In this document: in pieces, positions 31,672 to 41,088 of the stretch | How the letters are laid out: the number at the start of each line of letters is the position of its first letter | Position numbering within the stretch: the stretch's first letter is position 1 | NCBI GenBank assembly: GCA_004195635.1 | Contig: PSPT01000004.1 | Location: 15,021 to 79,020 of the forward strand | Length of the DNA stretch: 64,000 nt | Source of the DNA: Methanobacteriota archaeon | Lineage (GTDB): Archaea; Thermoplasmatota; Poseidoniia; Poseidoniales; Poseidoniaceae | Reading direction: 5' to 3' | Program-made: the position numbers and the translations under genes | The notes under the pieces: model-generated | Databases searched by the model: none | Told to the model about the DNA's origin: nothing | What the model saw: only the letters and a program-made list of their open reading frames with translations

Positions 31672-32298
31672 CTAAATACAAACAGCATCAATAATTGACA
31701 ATAATTCTCCGTTTGAATGTTTTAACATTGCAACCACCTTTTGCCCTTTAGACAATGGACCGACTCCCGAAGGGGTGCCTGTAAACAGAGTATCATTTGT
31801 GCACATGGGAGCCCACTGCACTAATTTCTCCAATTGTTGAGAAGGTGAATAAGACATTTCAGAAATATTTGCGGATTGTACTTGCTTACCGTCAAGGCTT
31901 AGAGAAATATGCAATTCTGCAACATATTCGTCAAAACCAATTTCTAATAGACTTAACTTATCACCCAATTCAAGCCAATTTCCAATAACCGCGGAATTAG
32001 AAAATGATTTGGCTCTTGCCCATGGTAAACCACTTTTCTTTAATTCTGCTTGAATATCACGAAGGGTTAGGTCCAATCCAATTGCAATAGCATGTGGCTT
32101 TTGATTTTGGTCTAATTGAATTACCAGTTCTACCTCATGATGAATTTGTCCATCCATACAGTTAATTTCAGATATTGGATTACTGCCACCTATAATTGCT
32201 GCATCTGGTTTCAAAAAAAATACCGGCTCAGGAGGGGTTTCACCACTCATTTCTTGCGCATGTTTTGGAAAGGTACGGATCGCACACCATGCTGTCAT
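31672..32298 (-). CDS. Fumarylacetoacetate hydrolase family protein
   Basis: PVFFLKP, HHEVEL, GLDLTLRDIQ, PWARAKSF and FTGTPSGVG. Confidence 0.92.
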   Translation of the reverse strand: MTAWCAIRTFPKHAQEMSGETPPEPVFFLKPDAAIIGGSNPISEINCMDGQIHHEVELVIQLDQNQKPHAIAIGLDLTLRDIQAELKKSGLPWARAKSFSNSAVIGNWLELGDKLSLLEIGFDEYVAELHISLSLDGKQVQSANISEMSYSPSQQLEKLVQWAPMCTNDTLFTGTPSGVGPLSKGQKVVAMLKHSNGELLSIIDAVCI

Positions 32299-32591
32299 GC
32301 TTTGCCCAGTAGTCTAAATTTGTTGAACCTACCTATAATATGCCTCTTGGAAATGCATAGCAAAAACAGCCAATGGAAGCAACTGCAATTAGTTGTATTG
32401 AAAGGTAGAAAGGTTGACCACAACACCGGAAATCACAATGTCGGGAAAAAGGCATGTGTCACTAGCAGTAATGTATGTCATGACTTTACCCAAATCCGTT
32501 GATGCTGTGGCTCATATCGCTGAACGGATAATATTTCAGCAAGCAATATCAACTTGCGACAGCATGAAACCGCATACCTCGTGCGGCAATC

Positions 32592-33101
32592 ATGGCAAAG
32601 GATTGGCAAATCCGTAAACGCAGACCCGTAAGGCGAAAGAATATCGCCCCACTTCTCAAAGAATTAGAGGAGCATTTGGGTATTGACATGGCACTTGAAG
32701 GTGCATTTATTGAAATGGCTGAATATGGGCCTTGGAAGTTGGTTATTGTTGATAAAACCGCTCACGCAATTGAATTTCAAAACCCTCAAGGCGAGAGGGT
32801 TGTGTTCCTTACACTAAGAGGAATAATGGCTAGGGCTCCGCCAGATAAATGGGTCGAAGTTGACCATGGAGCAATTCCATTTTTGATGAATGGAGCCGAC
32901 TGTATGGTTGCTGGCATTCATGGAGCCGACGAGGGAATTATTGAAGGTGATTTGATTTGGATTAGGGACCAAGTTCACGGCCGACCTTTGGCTCTTGGAT
33001 GGGCAAGTATGCCTGGACCAGACCTCATTACGGAAACAAAGGGTAAGGGTGTCAAAACCATTCACTTTGTCGGTGATGAACTTTGGGAAATGGAACTCTA
33101 A
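32592..33101 (+). CDS. PUA-domain RNA-binding protein (DUF1947 + PUA, MCT-1-like)
   Basis: VDHGAIPFLMNGADCMVAGI..KGKGVKTIHFVGDELW. Confidence 0.9.
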   Translation: MAKDWQIRKRRPVRRKNIAPLLKELEEHLGIDMALEGAFIEMAEYGPWKLVIVDKTAHAIEFQNPQGERVVFLTLRGIMARAPPDKWVEVDHGAIPFLMNGADCMVAGIHGADEGIIEGDLIWIRDQVHGRPLALGWASMPGPDLITETKGKGVKTIHFVGDELWEMEL

Positions 33102-33201
33102 ATATTCAATACACTTTTTTGAATAATCGCAAGGGTAGCATCTATTTCGGCCCGCTGAAAGCCCTTTTATTCGCCACTTCTGAATCAAAGGGTGTTATGC
33201 A

Positions 33202-33357
33202 CTAACCCTTTGCTTCTATGTTAAACAATTTGAACAGGGTTTCAAATCTTTGTGGATTATTCAACAGAGTGTCGGAGAAAAAATAAAAACACAAAAAGAG
33301 TCCAATGAACATCATGCGCAAGGAAGTATTGGCCCCTTCTGCTTGGCTTGCTATCAT
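33202..33357 (-). CDS. Candidate 51-aa small membrane protein (below ORF-track cutoff)
   Basis: MIASQAEGANTSLRMMFIGLFLCFYFFSDTLLNNPQRFETLFKLFNIEAKG; purine-rich GAGTAGGGG upstream; one hydrophobic segment. Confidence 0.3.
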   Translation of the reverse strand: MIASQAEGANTSLRMMFIGLFLCFYFFSDTLLNNPQRFETLFKLFNIEAKG

Positions 33358-33467
33358 TCGCCCCTACTCGTCTGGCGGCCCCATTATCCACTTTACTCGA
33401 GAAAATGTGCTAATATCCTTAATTAGACCAATGTCTTAATTGACAAAATTGAATAATGATTGTATGC

Positions 33468-35189
33468 TTAATTCTTAGAAACTACCATCCAACCGATAAG
33501 GCCAACAACTACTGCTGCTATTGCTCCAACTCCAATAATGCCTCCTGGAATCATAGCCATAACACCCTCGGTTTTATCTTCAATATCGTCCGAAGAACCA
33601 TCGTTATTGTCATTGTTACTCGTATTTGAATTGCCTAAATCAATTTGACAAGAACCATCATCTTCGGTTGCTTCTGCATTGAAATTAGATGCGGTTGAGT
33701 CCATACAACCCAACAATGCTTCAGGCTCTGGTGCAGGGTAAGTACAACTGTTATCATCTTCGGTGGCTTGTGCATTGTAATTTGTTGCAGTTGAATTCAC
33801 ACATCCCAATACCGGCACATTTGGATAAATGCAAGAACTATCATCAATTGTAGCATCGGCATTGAAATTTGTTGCAGTTGAATCCATGCATCCCTCAACG
33901 CTTTGGCTAGCAGCGATAGCGGCCATCATTTGGTCAACACTGTTTTCATTAGGGCCGAAAGAGCCATTGGTTGCTACCCACGCAAAGGAAAGCCCTTCTT
34001 CCACATTTATTGAAGACACTCCTAACATTGAACTCTCCCATGCATTTGTTGTGGTATTAGTTGTATAGAGGGCCCAATACCAGAAATCAGCATCTCCCCA
34101 AGATGCTGCTGAAACTAATCCACCGATTGATACTAAGTAGACTCCATACGTTTCAATAGAATAATCATATTCATGGCCCAATAATGCGAACCCCATTTCA
34201 GATGCATTCCAAGCATTGGCTGAATCAATAACTGAAAAATTGGAAAATTGCGATGTACCGTCTGGCATGTAAATCATCATGCTGACAGAAACATTATCAT
34301 CTCCTCCATTATTATTATTCTCATTATCTATTATCATTTGATCTACACTAGAACCGTCAAATGGACCCCATGAGCCATTTGTTGCAACCCAAGCAAAACT
34401 GTCTTGACTACTGGCATTTACAAATGACACACCATCTATTGAAGGAGCCCAAGAACCATCTGAAATATCCAACAAGTAAAGACTCCAAAACCAATAATTT
34501 TCTTCACCAGATGGTACCTCACTCATCATACCCGCTATTGAATATAGAAGTACTCCGAGTTCAGGGTCTTCATCAAAGCCATATTCTAATTCAAGTTTTT
34601 CAAAACCAATTAGTGAAGCATCCCAAAGTGTTCCATTTGAAGTCATGTTAATCGTTGTTGCTCTCTGAGTACCATCGGGCATGTATACCATCATTCTCAT
34701 GTCTTGAGGGCCATTTCCTCCATTCCCGCCTGTGCCATTTGTATTATTTTCGTCTCCGCCGCCGGTAGAATTATTCCCGTCACTTCCGGTACCTCCACCA
34801 TTAGGGTCAATGACATGGATAACGCCAGTCATGCTTGTGTGGTAATTGCATTGATAATCATAAGTCCCAGGTGTCTGAAGAGAAACACTGAAAGTACCCC
34901 CTTGATTGATATTGCCGGAATCAAATGTTTCCGGCCCAGTACCCATATCAGTAACTGTGTGGGAGTTTGAGTCAACATTTGTCCATTCAACTGAATCCCC
35001 CATATTAATAGTAAGATTATTTGGAGTGAATGTATTGGAGATTTCTACTGGATGAGTTGTTGCGCCTCCTCCGCCACCGCCTCCGGCAGATGCTGTAGAA
35101 ATGATTGGTGCGGTTACTGAAATAAGCATCATTATGGCAAAGAAAGTCATTATTCCACGCTGGGTTCGAGATGGCTCTTGAGAGGTCAT
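33468..35189 (-). CDS. Membrane-anchored blue-copper (plastocyanin/halocyanin-like) protein with two DUF4430-like domains and Cys repeats
   Basis: Type-1 Cu ligands HTVT..CNYHTSM; two homologous domains (YMPDGT..GVxLxSIxG..WxLY..FAWVATNGS); three GCxxSTAxNxNAxATxDDxSC repeats; C-terminal TM. Confidence 0.82.
   Translation of the reverse strand: MTSQEPSRTQRGIMTFFAIMMLISVTAPIISTASAGGGGGGGATTHPVEISNTFTPNNLTINMGDSVEWTNVDSNSHTVTDMGTGPETFDSGNINQGGTFSVSLQTPGTYDYQCNYHTSMTGVIHVIDPNGGGTGSDGNNSTGGGDENNTNGTGGNGGNGPQDMRMMVYMPDGTQRATTINMTSNGTLWDASLIGFEKLELEYGFDEDPELGVLLYSIAGMMSEVPSGEENYWFWSLYLLDISDGSWAPSIDGVSFVNASSQDSFAWVATNGSWGPFDGSSVDQMIIDNENNNNGGDDNVSVSMMIYMPDGTSQFSNFSVIDSANAWNASEMGFALLGHEYDYSIETYGVYLVSIGGLVSAASWGDADFWYWALYTTNTTTNAWESSMLGVSSINVEEGLSFAWVATNGSFGPNENSVDQMMAAIAASQSVEGCMDSTATNFNADATIDDSSCIYPNVPVLGCVNSTATNYNAQATEDDNSCTYPAPEPEALLGCMDSTASNFNAEATEDDGSCQIDLGNSNTSNNDNNDGSSDDIEDKTEGVMAMIPGGIIGVGAIAAVVVGLIGWMVVSKN
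33650..33895 (-). repeat. Three intragenic Cys repeats GC(M/V)(D/N)STA(T/S)N(F/Y)NAxATxDDxSC
   Basis: Visible in both protein and DNA (aaatttgttgcagttgaat repeated). Confidence 0.85.
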
Positions 35190-35333
35190 GGGTTTCATTG
35201 GTGTGTGGTACAGTACTTCAATAATTTGGCGCGTTAATCTAGTATCATCAATCACAAATATGATTCGGTGCAGGAAATGTGAAGGAAAGCCCCCTGTAAT
35301 ACTATATACTCGCCAAAAAGTGCAGTTAATATC

Positions 35334-35921
35334 ATGCGACATAGAGCACTCTCATTCTGCCTATTGGCGACGTTGGTATTGCTATTCTCAATTATGCCGG
35401 TTTCGGGGTCTGTGGCTGGAGTCAATTTAGATGCTGACACTGAAGGGACACCTGTAGATTCGATTGTGCGAGATAATATTTCATTTGATTTTAAGGTATG
35501 GAATGTCTCAGTTTCATTGACTGAAGATGCTATTGGCAATAATACATCCGTTGCTATTTCAACCCAAATATGTGTTAATTCCGGATTTTGCCACACCCCT
35601 GCTACTATGACTCTTGAAGAAATAGCAAATGGAACATATTCTGGTTCAGTAACTCCAATGGATGATCACACCTATATTAATTGGCGAATTATCTTATCTT
35701 ATGAGGACAACACAACTGAAAGACTGCCCGCCTCCGGATGGTCAAAAATTTGGTCTGATTGTTGGCTAGATTTACATTCAGAACCTCCTCTTTGGGGAGG
35801 TAATGGTTGCCCTGAAGAAGTTGATGATGAAGGCTTTCTGCCCTCAATTGGTGTATTGGGTACAACTGCTACTTTGATGCTTGCTGGTGCAACTTACATT
35901 AATAGAAAGAATAAAGATTGA
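35334..35921 (+). CDS. Secreted hypothetical protein with C-terminal sorting-like segment
   Basis: Signal peptide, 4 Cys in the mature part, and FLPSIG + TM + RKNKD tail with PGF-CTERM-like layout. Confidence 0.7.
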   Translation: MRHRALSFCLLATLVLLFSIMPVSGSVAGVNLDADTEGTPVDSIVRDNISFDFKVWNVSVSLTEDAIGNNTSVAISTQICVNSGFCHTPATMTLEEIANGTYSGSVTPMDDHTYINWRIILSYEDNTTERLPASGWSKIWSDCWLDLHSEPPLWGGNGCPEEVDDEGFLPSIGVLGTTATLMLAGATYINRKNKD

Positions 35922-35953
35922 ACTTCTTTCAGTACTATTTGAATAAAATAGGT

Positions 35954-36394
35954 TCACAAGCGCTTTTGGTGTTCATTAATTCGTGACAGAAGTCGCCGCA
36001 CATCAACACCCCAACTAGTAAAAATTACACTTGCTGAAGAATTATTTTTGCTTAATTTTCCGGCTTGCATTCCGGGAGACATTAGGTCTGAAGGGACGAG
36101 TGGTAAGTTTACACAAGCGAGGGTTGCTTGAACTCCATCGGCTACAACATCCAGTTTCAGCCATTTTTCACATTTGCCAATATTATCCTTAACCTCAATA
36201 TTTGCCTTCTCACTTTTCAGAAATCTTACGAGTGCTTGGAATAAGTCTTGTGGGTCATCAGTTGAAGCCGAAGGAGGTAAGCCCGAAAGGGCTTTTTCGT
36301 CAGCAGAACCGTAAGCAGAAAGGAAGGGCAAATCGGTGTCATGGGCATCAAGAAAGTCATCAAGACCACGCCCCAAACCCCGTTTTGCCGCCAT
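35954..36394 (-). CDS. ParA partner: ParB-type LGRGL N-terminal peptide fused to an unknown domain
   Basis: Begins MAAKRGLGRGLDDFL; AGGAG SD; 14 bp after the parA stop; no GxxR CTPase motif or HTH visible. Confidence 0.75.
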   Translation of the reverse strand: MAAKRGLGRGLDDFLDAHDTDLPFLSAYGSADEKALSGLPPSASTDDPQDLFQALVRFLKSEKANIEVKDNIGKCEKWLKLDVVADGVQATLACVNLPLVPSDLMSPGMQAGKLSKNNSSASVIFTSWGVDVRRLLSRINEHQKRL

Positions 36395-36408
36395 TCACAT
36401 CTCTCCTG

Positions 36409-37371
36409 TTACCTATTTGCTAAGCCCCAACGTAATGCAAGATTTTCAGCCAAACTACGATAATCATTTCCACCATGACTTTCTGGTGCATGTAAGTGAA
36501 TAGGAATGCCGTGGCTTGGGGCTTCTGCAATACGGATATTTCTCCTAATTGGGGGCTCAATTACCAAACCAGCAAAGGTTTCCTTCAATTGACCTGCAAC
36601 TTGACCATTAAGTAGGGTTGGGGCATGCATTGTCATTAGAATAGCATCAACACCTAAGCGCGGATTGAGGCGGGTTCTGATTTCTCGGATTGTCCCTGCT
36701 AACAAAGCAACTCCCTCTAAAGCAAAATATTCGGTTTGAACTGGGATAATTACTGCATCGGCCGCACATAGGGCATTTATTGTCACAATTCCAAGACTTG
36801 GCGGAGTGTCAATTAGTACAATGTCATAATGCGGTAATAGTGCTTCCAATCCTTCTGTAAGGCGACGTTCTCGCCCTAATTCGCTCATTAATTCTTGCTC
36901 GAGCCCTACCAATGTCCGGCCTCCCACTACCAAATGCAAACCATCAATATTTGTTGCATATCGGCATGAGCCGGCTAATTCGGGATTGAGCATGAGGTTA
37001 CGGGAAGTAAATTCTACCTTTGATTTATCTATTCCCAAACCAGTTGCACAATTTCCTTGGGCATCACAGTCAACTACCAATACTCGAAGGCCAAGGGTAG
37101 CCAAATGTGCTGCTACATTGATGACAGTAGTTGTTTTTCCAACTCCGCCTTTTTGATTAATACAAACAACAACTCTAGCCAAACCAGGTCTGGTAGGGGG
37201 TGCAGGGGGTAATTTCATTACATTACGTGGCCTAGATATCGAAATTTCCTCCGCCGCAGAAGGCGCTTGCCTTACATCGGAAAATGAAGGTTCAATGACT
37301 TCAATTTCATCTTCCGAGACTTCAATTATTTGCCCAATAGCCTGCGCAACCTCTTCATCATTCACGTACAT
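36409..37371 (-). CDS. parA: ParA/Soj-family ATPase (ParA-2) with acidic N-terminal extension
   Basis: NQKGGVGKTTT, DCDAQGN, IDTPPSLG, PVQTEYFALEG and IRRNIRIAEAPSHG. Confidence 0.93.
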   Translation of the reverse strand: MYVNDEEVAQAIGQIIEVSEDEIEVIEPSFSDVRQAPSAAEEISISRPRNVMKLPPAPPTRPGLARVVVCINQKGGVGKTTTVINVAAHLATLGLRVLVVDCDAQGNCATGLGIDKSKVEFTSRNLMLNPELAGSCRYATNIDGLHLVVGGRTLVGLEQELMSELGRERRLTEGLEALLPHYDIVLIDTPPSLGIVTINALCAADAVIIPVQTEYFALEGVALLAGTIREIRTRLNPRLGVDAILMTMHAPTLLNGQVAGQLKETFAGLVIEPPIRRNIRIAEAPSHGIPIHLHAPESHGGNDYRSLAENLALRWGLANR

Positions 37372-37443
37372 CCCGAATTCGGTGGGATAACCGCCCCTTT
37401 TGATAATGACGCTAATTGAATGGGAAAAATAGCCTTTTCTTTA

Positions 37444-39699
37444 CTAAACTGACTTTACCAAAGACCAACCCACAACTCGCCCGTCTGATAAATCGGCTGC
37501 CAAATTGAAATTATTTGACCATTGGCCTTCATCCCATGAACGACTCAAGTCAACAGTTGCTGCCGACGCCCCGTCTTCAAGATTTAACCAGTCGCTAATT
37601 CCATCCAGCCCTGTACTTGTACTTGCTACAATATGGCGATACATTACTTCTGAATGAAGTCCAGAAGAAGTGCCCAAATATGAGCCACCAGTACTTAGTT
37701 CGGAATATCTATTACTATCTAATAATCGATTTTCCATTGCCGAAAGAGAAAGAGTCTGTGGCAATGAGGAACGGTCATGATTAGGTCCATCTTCAATCAC
37801 TCCAGAATTTAGAAAAGTACAATTCTCCGATGATGGTGAACCCGAAACAGTCAACTCAACCCAACCCGAGGTGCCACCATTATCAACCCAAGAGAGATTC
37901 CAAGTAGTATCTTGGGAATTAGTTCGATTGTCAATTGCTCGCCAAACATATCCGTCATCGGACATTGCTGCCTTTGCTCCTGAAGCACCATCCAAGTATG
38001 GGATACATGCAACAGCATCTTCAAGTGGATGAGATCGTGAAGTTGAATTATCAGCAATATGTTGTTCACCATCTTGCCAATCAGTCAGTTCAGAATCAAG
38101 AGGTCTTACTTGTGATGAGCGAACGCGATTATCATAATCGCGTCCAAAAACAACTGGGGATTCGCCCCGTTGTAATTCCTTTTTACTCATTGACATTCGC
38201 ATCTCGAATGAACCTTCGGGCACCACCAAATCGTTAATTAATTGTGAAGTTGATGAACAATCATTTCTTTCCTGACTATCACCAGATAACCTAATATCTA
38301 CTTCTTGATATATAGCCCACGGTGAATCAGCATTAACCCAGATATTGATGTATGCATGGCCGAGGCAAAGCGATTTAACATCCTCATTGACCATTAGAAT
38401 CCGCCATGTTAGTTCGCCCAATACCTCTTCGGTTCCAAGTACTGACCAAGACCAACCCATTCTGCTACCAGTTGATGATTCTTGAATTAACTGATCACCA
38501 ATTAATTCCTTTAACTCCACAGGTGATACCGCCATGCCAATTGCTGATTGAATATCCTCTACCGAAGAAAAAATCCCCGAAACGCCAAAGGATGTTGCGG
38601 TTCCTTCGATGGCCCCACTTTCATGAGTTAATGAATAATCTACTTGCGAACGCAATACATCCTGATCCCTTATTTCTGTCCAAGTAGTAGAACCCACATC
38701 AAGGCTATTGCCAAATGAAGAGGCCCCGATATCGCTACATTTTGATTGGTCAATGACGCTTTTTAAATGCCTTGTTATTGTAACATCTTCAAATGTGTAT
38801 TGATGCTGCTTTTCAACAGTTAACCACTCGAAACCATAACTACCGCTTTGGCGAATTGCACCTGATAAATAATTGCTCGATTGGTCAAATAATTCTGACT
38901 CACCACCCTTGGTAACACCAACATTTCCCAAACCACCATATTCAATTTTTATCTTGCAAATATCATCTTCGGTATCCATTTTCTCAACAATTGCCTCAAT
39001 AAATTCACCTTCAGCACTTATAATTCCATCTGAAATAGAATAACGCATTTCATCACCATAGCGAATTGTGTCAGGAGTAAAGGGGTCTATACTTCCCGTA
39101 TAATACCAATAACCTACACCACCAACTAAAATGATTAGTGCTAATATCAATGCCGTTTTTGGCTTTGTGCCCTTTTTTGGCATTACCTTTCGCTTACTGC
39201 CAGGAATTGGGGTGAGGGCGGATTGGTCTTCTTCTTCTAATGTAGAAGTGGTGGAAGAAGGAAGTCCATCATGAATTATTTTGCTAGATTTCGTAGATTC
39301 TTCTTGGCTGTCCTCAATAACTTCAGCATCAATAACTTCAGCATCAATTATCTCTGCTTCAACTATTGAGGTATGGTCGTTTGAAATAATCGGCTCATCA
39401 TCCATAGCACCAACAACTTCTGCATCAAATATCTCAGCTTCAACTACTGAGGGCTGATCAATTGGAGTAATTGGCTCATCATCATCTGAATTAAGATAAA
39501 AAGCCTCATCATCGTCCAAAATTTCATTATTTACTTCTATTGATTCTTCAAATACGATTCCTAAGTCCTCGGGGTCAACATCTGCTTCTAGAAGGCGCCC
39601 AATCAGTACGGACTTTTTCCCTGAAACAGAAAGACCATTCTGGCGACAGAGGTTGCGTAGTTCGGCCGCTTTGAGAGGCGATGTGAGTTCGTCAGACAT
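37444..39699 (-). CDS. SAP-domain single-pass membrane protein with large Cys-containing external domain
   Basis: LKAAELRNLCRQNGLSVSGKKSVLIGRL (SAP), acidic linker, KRK..KK then TM helix, about 550-aa C-terminal domain; start 39699 supported by TTGAA 24-28 nt upstream. Confidence 0.82.
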   Translation of the reverse strand: MSDELTSPLKAAELRNLCRQNGLSVSGKKSVLIGRLLEADVDPEDLGIVFEESIEVNNEILDDDEAFYLNSDDDEPITPIDQPSVVEAEIFDAEVVGAMDDEPIISNDHTSIVEAEIIDAEVIDAEVIEDSQEESTKSSKIIHDGLPSSTTSTLEEEDQSALTPIPGSKRKVMPKKGTKPKTALILALIILVGGVGYWYYTGSIDPFTPDTIRYGDEMRYSISDGIISAEGEFIEAIVEKMDTEDDICKIKIEYGGLGNVGVTKGGESELFDQSSNYLSGAIRQSGSYGFEWLTVEKQHQYTFEDVTITRHLKSVIDQSKCSDIGASSFGNSLDVGSTTWTEIRDQDVLRSQVDYSLTHESGAIEGTATSFGVSGIFSSVEDIQSAIGMAVSPVELKELIGDQLIQESSTGSRMGWSWSVLGTEEVLGELTWRILMVNEDVKSLCLGHAYINIWVNADSPWAIYQEVDIRLSGDSQERNDCSSTSQLINDLVVPEGSFEMRMSMSKKELQRGESPVVFGRDYDNRVRSSQVRPLDSELTDWQDGEQHIADNSTSRSHPLEDAVACIPYLDGASGAKAAMSDDGYVWRAIDNRTNSQDTTWNLSWVDNGGTSGWVELTVSGSPSSENCTFLNSGVIEDGPNHDRSSLPQTLSLSAMENRLLDSNRYSELSTGGSYLGTSSGLHSEVMYRHIVASTSTGLDGISDWLNLEDGASAATVDLSRSWDEGQWSNNFNLAADLSDGRVVGWSLVKSV

Positions 39700-39798
39700 G
39701 GGTGGCAATGGAAGGGTCGGCATTCAACTGCTTTCAAGTATCACTGTCCCCGAGTAGGTATTAATGCTCTTTTGATAGGTATGTTTTCCTAGCCAATA

Positions 39799-40905
39799 TC
39801 ACTCTTGATATAGTATATATTGACCATCTGCTTCCAAATAATATGCTTGAGGTTGGAAAGTTCCATCCTCGTTTTGGATGAAGTAATACCCATCACCAGA
39901 TGCTACATAATTCACTTGTGGAGCAGTTGGGGTTGGAGTTGGAGTGGGTGCTGCAGCCTCAACAGGAGGTGTTTCCTGGGCTGGTGCCGGTGGACCGGCG
40001 GGGCCTGAGTCGGCTGGACTGGGGGGGGCACCTGGGCCAGACACAAGTTTTTGCTTTCTTGCAGCATCCATAACTTGTTTTTCAGTAGAAGGTGATTTCT
40101 TTGGACTACTCAATTCTTTTAATCTATTTCCTCTTTTTTGTGCACCAAAGAATCCAAATATAGACCAGCCAAGTGATAATACTGCAAAGATACCCAAAGG
40201 TACTCGTAACATATACGCATGAATTGCCACCTCTAAACTCTCTTGCCTTTCAGTGCTACCTTCAAGATATTCCACAATTAGGCAGTGTGGGCCAGTTGGA
40301 TTTGACTCCAATTCAATAGTATGTTTTGATCCAGGTGCAGCATTTTCAAGAAGAAAATAGCCCATGGAACCTTCGTCTCTCATTGCACTAATTGTGGAAA
40401 CAACATTGGAGTCATCACAATCATTAGGAACTAAAAACACTTCAATATCTCCGCCATGTTCATCCATCACCCAAATATCTACATCTACATCAATAGTCAT
40501 TCCCGGCACACCATATATTGCGAGGGGAGCCTCAACCGTTCCTAAACTGGAAAGTGAATCGCTTTGTAAATTACCATCATCCCAAATACCAGGGGTTGAA
40601 AGTGGAAATAGTGAAAAAGCAAAGAGAATAGCACCTACGCCAAGGAATAAATAAACGTTCCAGCGGGCCTTCTTTACAGATTCACGAAGTTCTTCAACCT
40701 CTTGCCGACGTGTTTTTTTTACCGCCTTTACATCATCAAGGCCAGCGGATGCCGAAAAAGTTCCAGTGGGGCCCGCTGTTGGGCCAGGTGACGACTCGGG
40801 TGGGCCAGTTGCCGGGCCAATGGAATCGGATGGGTGGGGTTCGGCAAGAGAATCTGCAGGATGGGTTACTTCCGTTTCCGCAGGAGGTGAGGCTGGCGGC
40901 TGCAT
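39799..40905 (-). CDS. Two-TM membrane protein with Pro/Gly-rich cytoplasmic ends and Tyr-rich C-terminal motif
   Basis: Two TM helices flank an external beta domain; GPxxGPP repeats; ends GDGYYFIQNEDGTFQPQAYYLEADGQYILYQE. Confidence 0.72.
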   Translation of the reverse strand: MQPPASPPAETEVTHPADSLAEPHPSDSIGPATGPPESSPGPTAGPTGTFSASAGLDDVKAVKKTRRQEVEELRESVKKARWNVYLFLGVGAILFAFSLFPLSTPGIWDDGNLQSDSLSSLGTVEAPLAIYGVPGMTIDVDVDIWVMDEHGGDIEVFLVPNDCDDSNVVSTISAMRDEGSMGYFLLENAAPGSKHTIELESNPTGPHCLIVEYLEGSTERQESLEVAIHAYMLRVPLGIFAVLSLGWSIFGFFGAQKRGNRLKELSSPKKSPSTEKQVMDAARKQKLVSGPGAPPSPADSGPAGPPAPAQETPPVEAAAPTPTPTPTAPQVNYVASGDGYYFIQNEDGTFQPQAYYLEADGQYILYQE

Positions 40906-41088
40906 GGACCTGCGATTACGGACCACACTATCAAATCCACCCAAGAAAATGAAGTGATATTATTGAGGTTCCTTGAGTATTTGAGATAGGAAGAAAAGTT
41001 GTTCTGATAGCATTGATGGCCGAAAAACAGGAGATTTCTGTTAGGGAATAACTCAAAAAGGTTGAACGAACGGAACAATTTGAGAGAT

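Noticed and set aside
32299-32591. Possible small gene (e.g. eL37 or Sm) or ncRNA in the spacer before the PUA gene
   Set aside because: The reading frames I translated showed no recognisable protein, and I saw no convincing structure
35266-35300. GGTG..GCCCCCTGTAA resembling a cobalamin riboswitch core near DUF4430-like domains
   Set aside because: Wrong strand for the cupredoxin gene, and lacks the GGGAA/B12-box architecture
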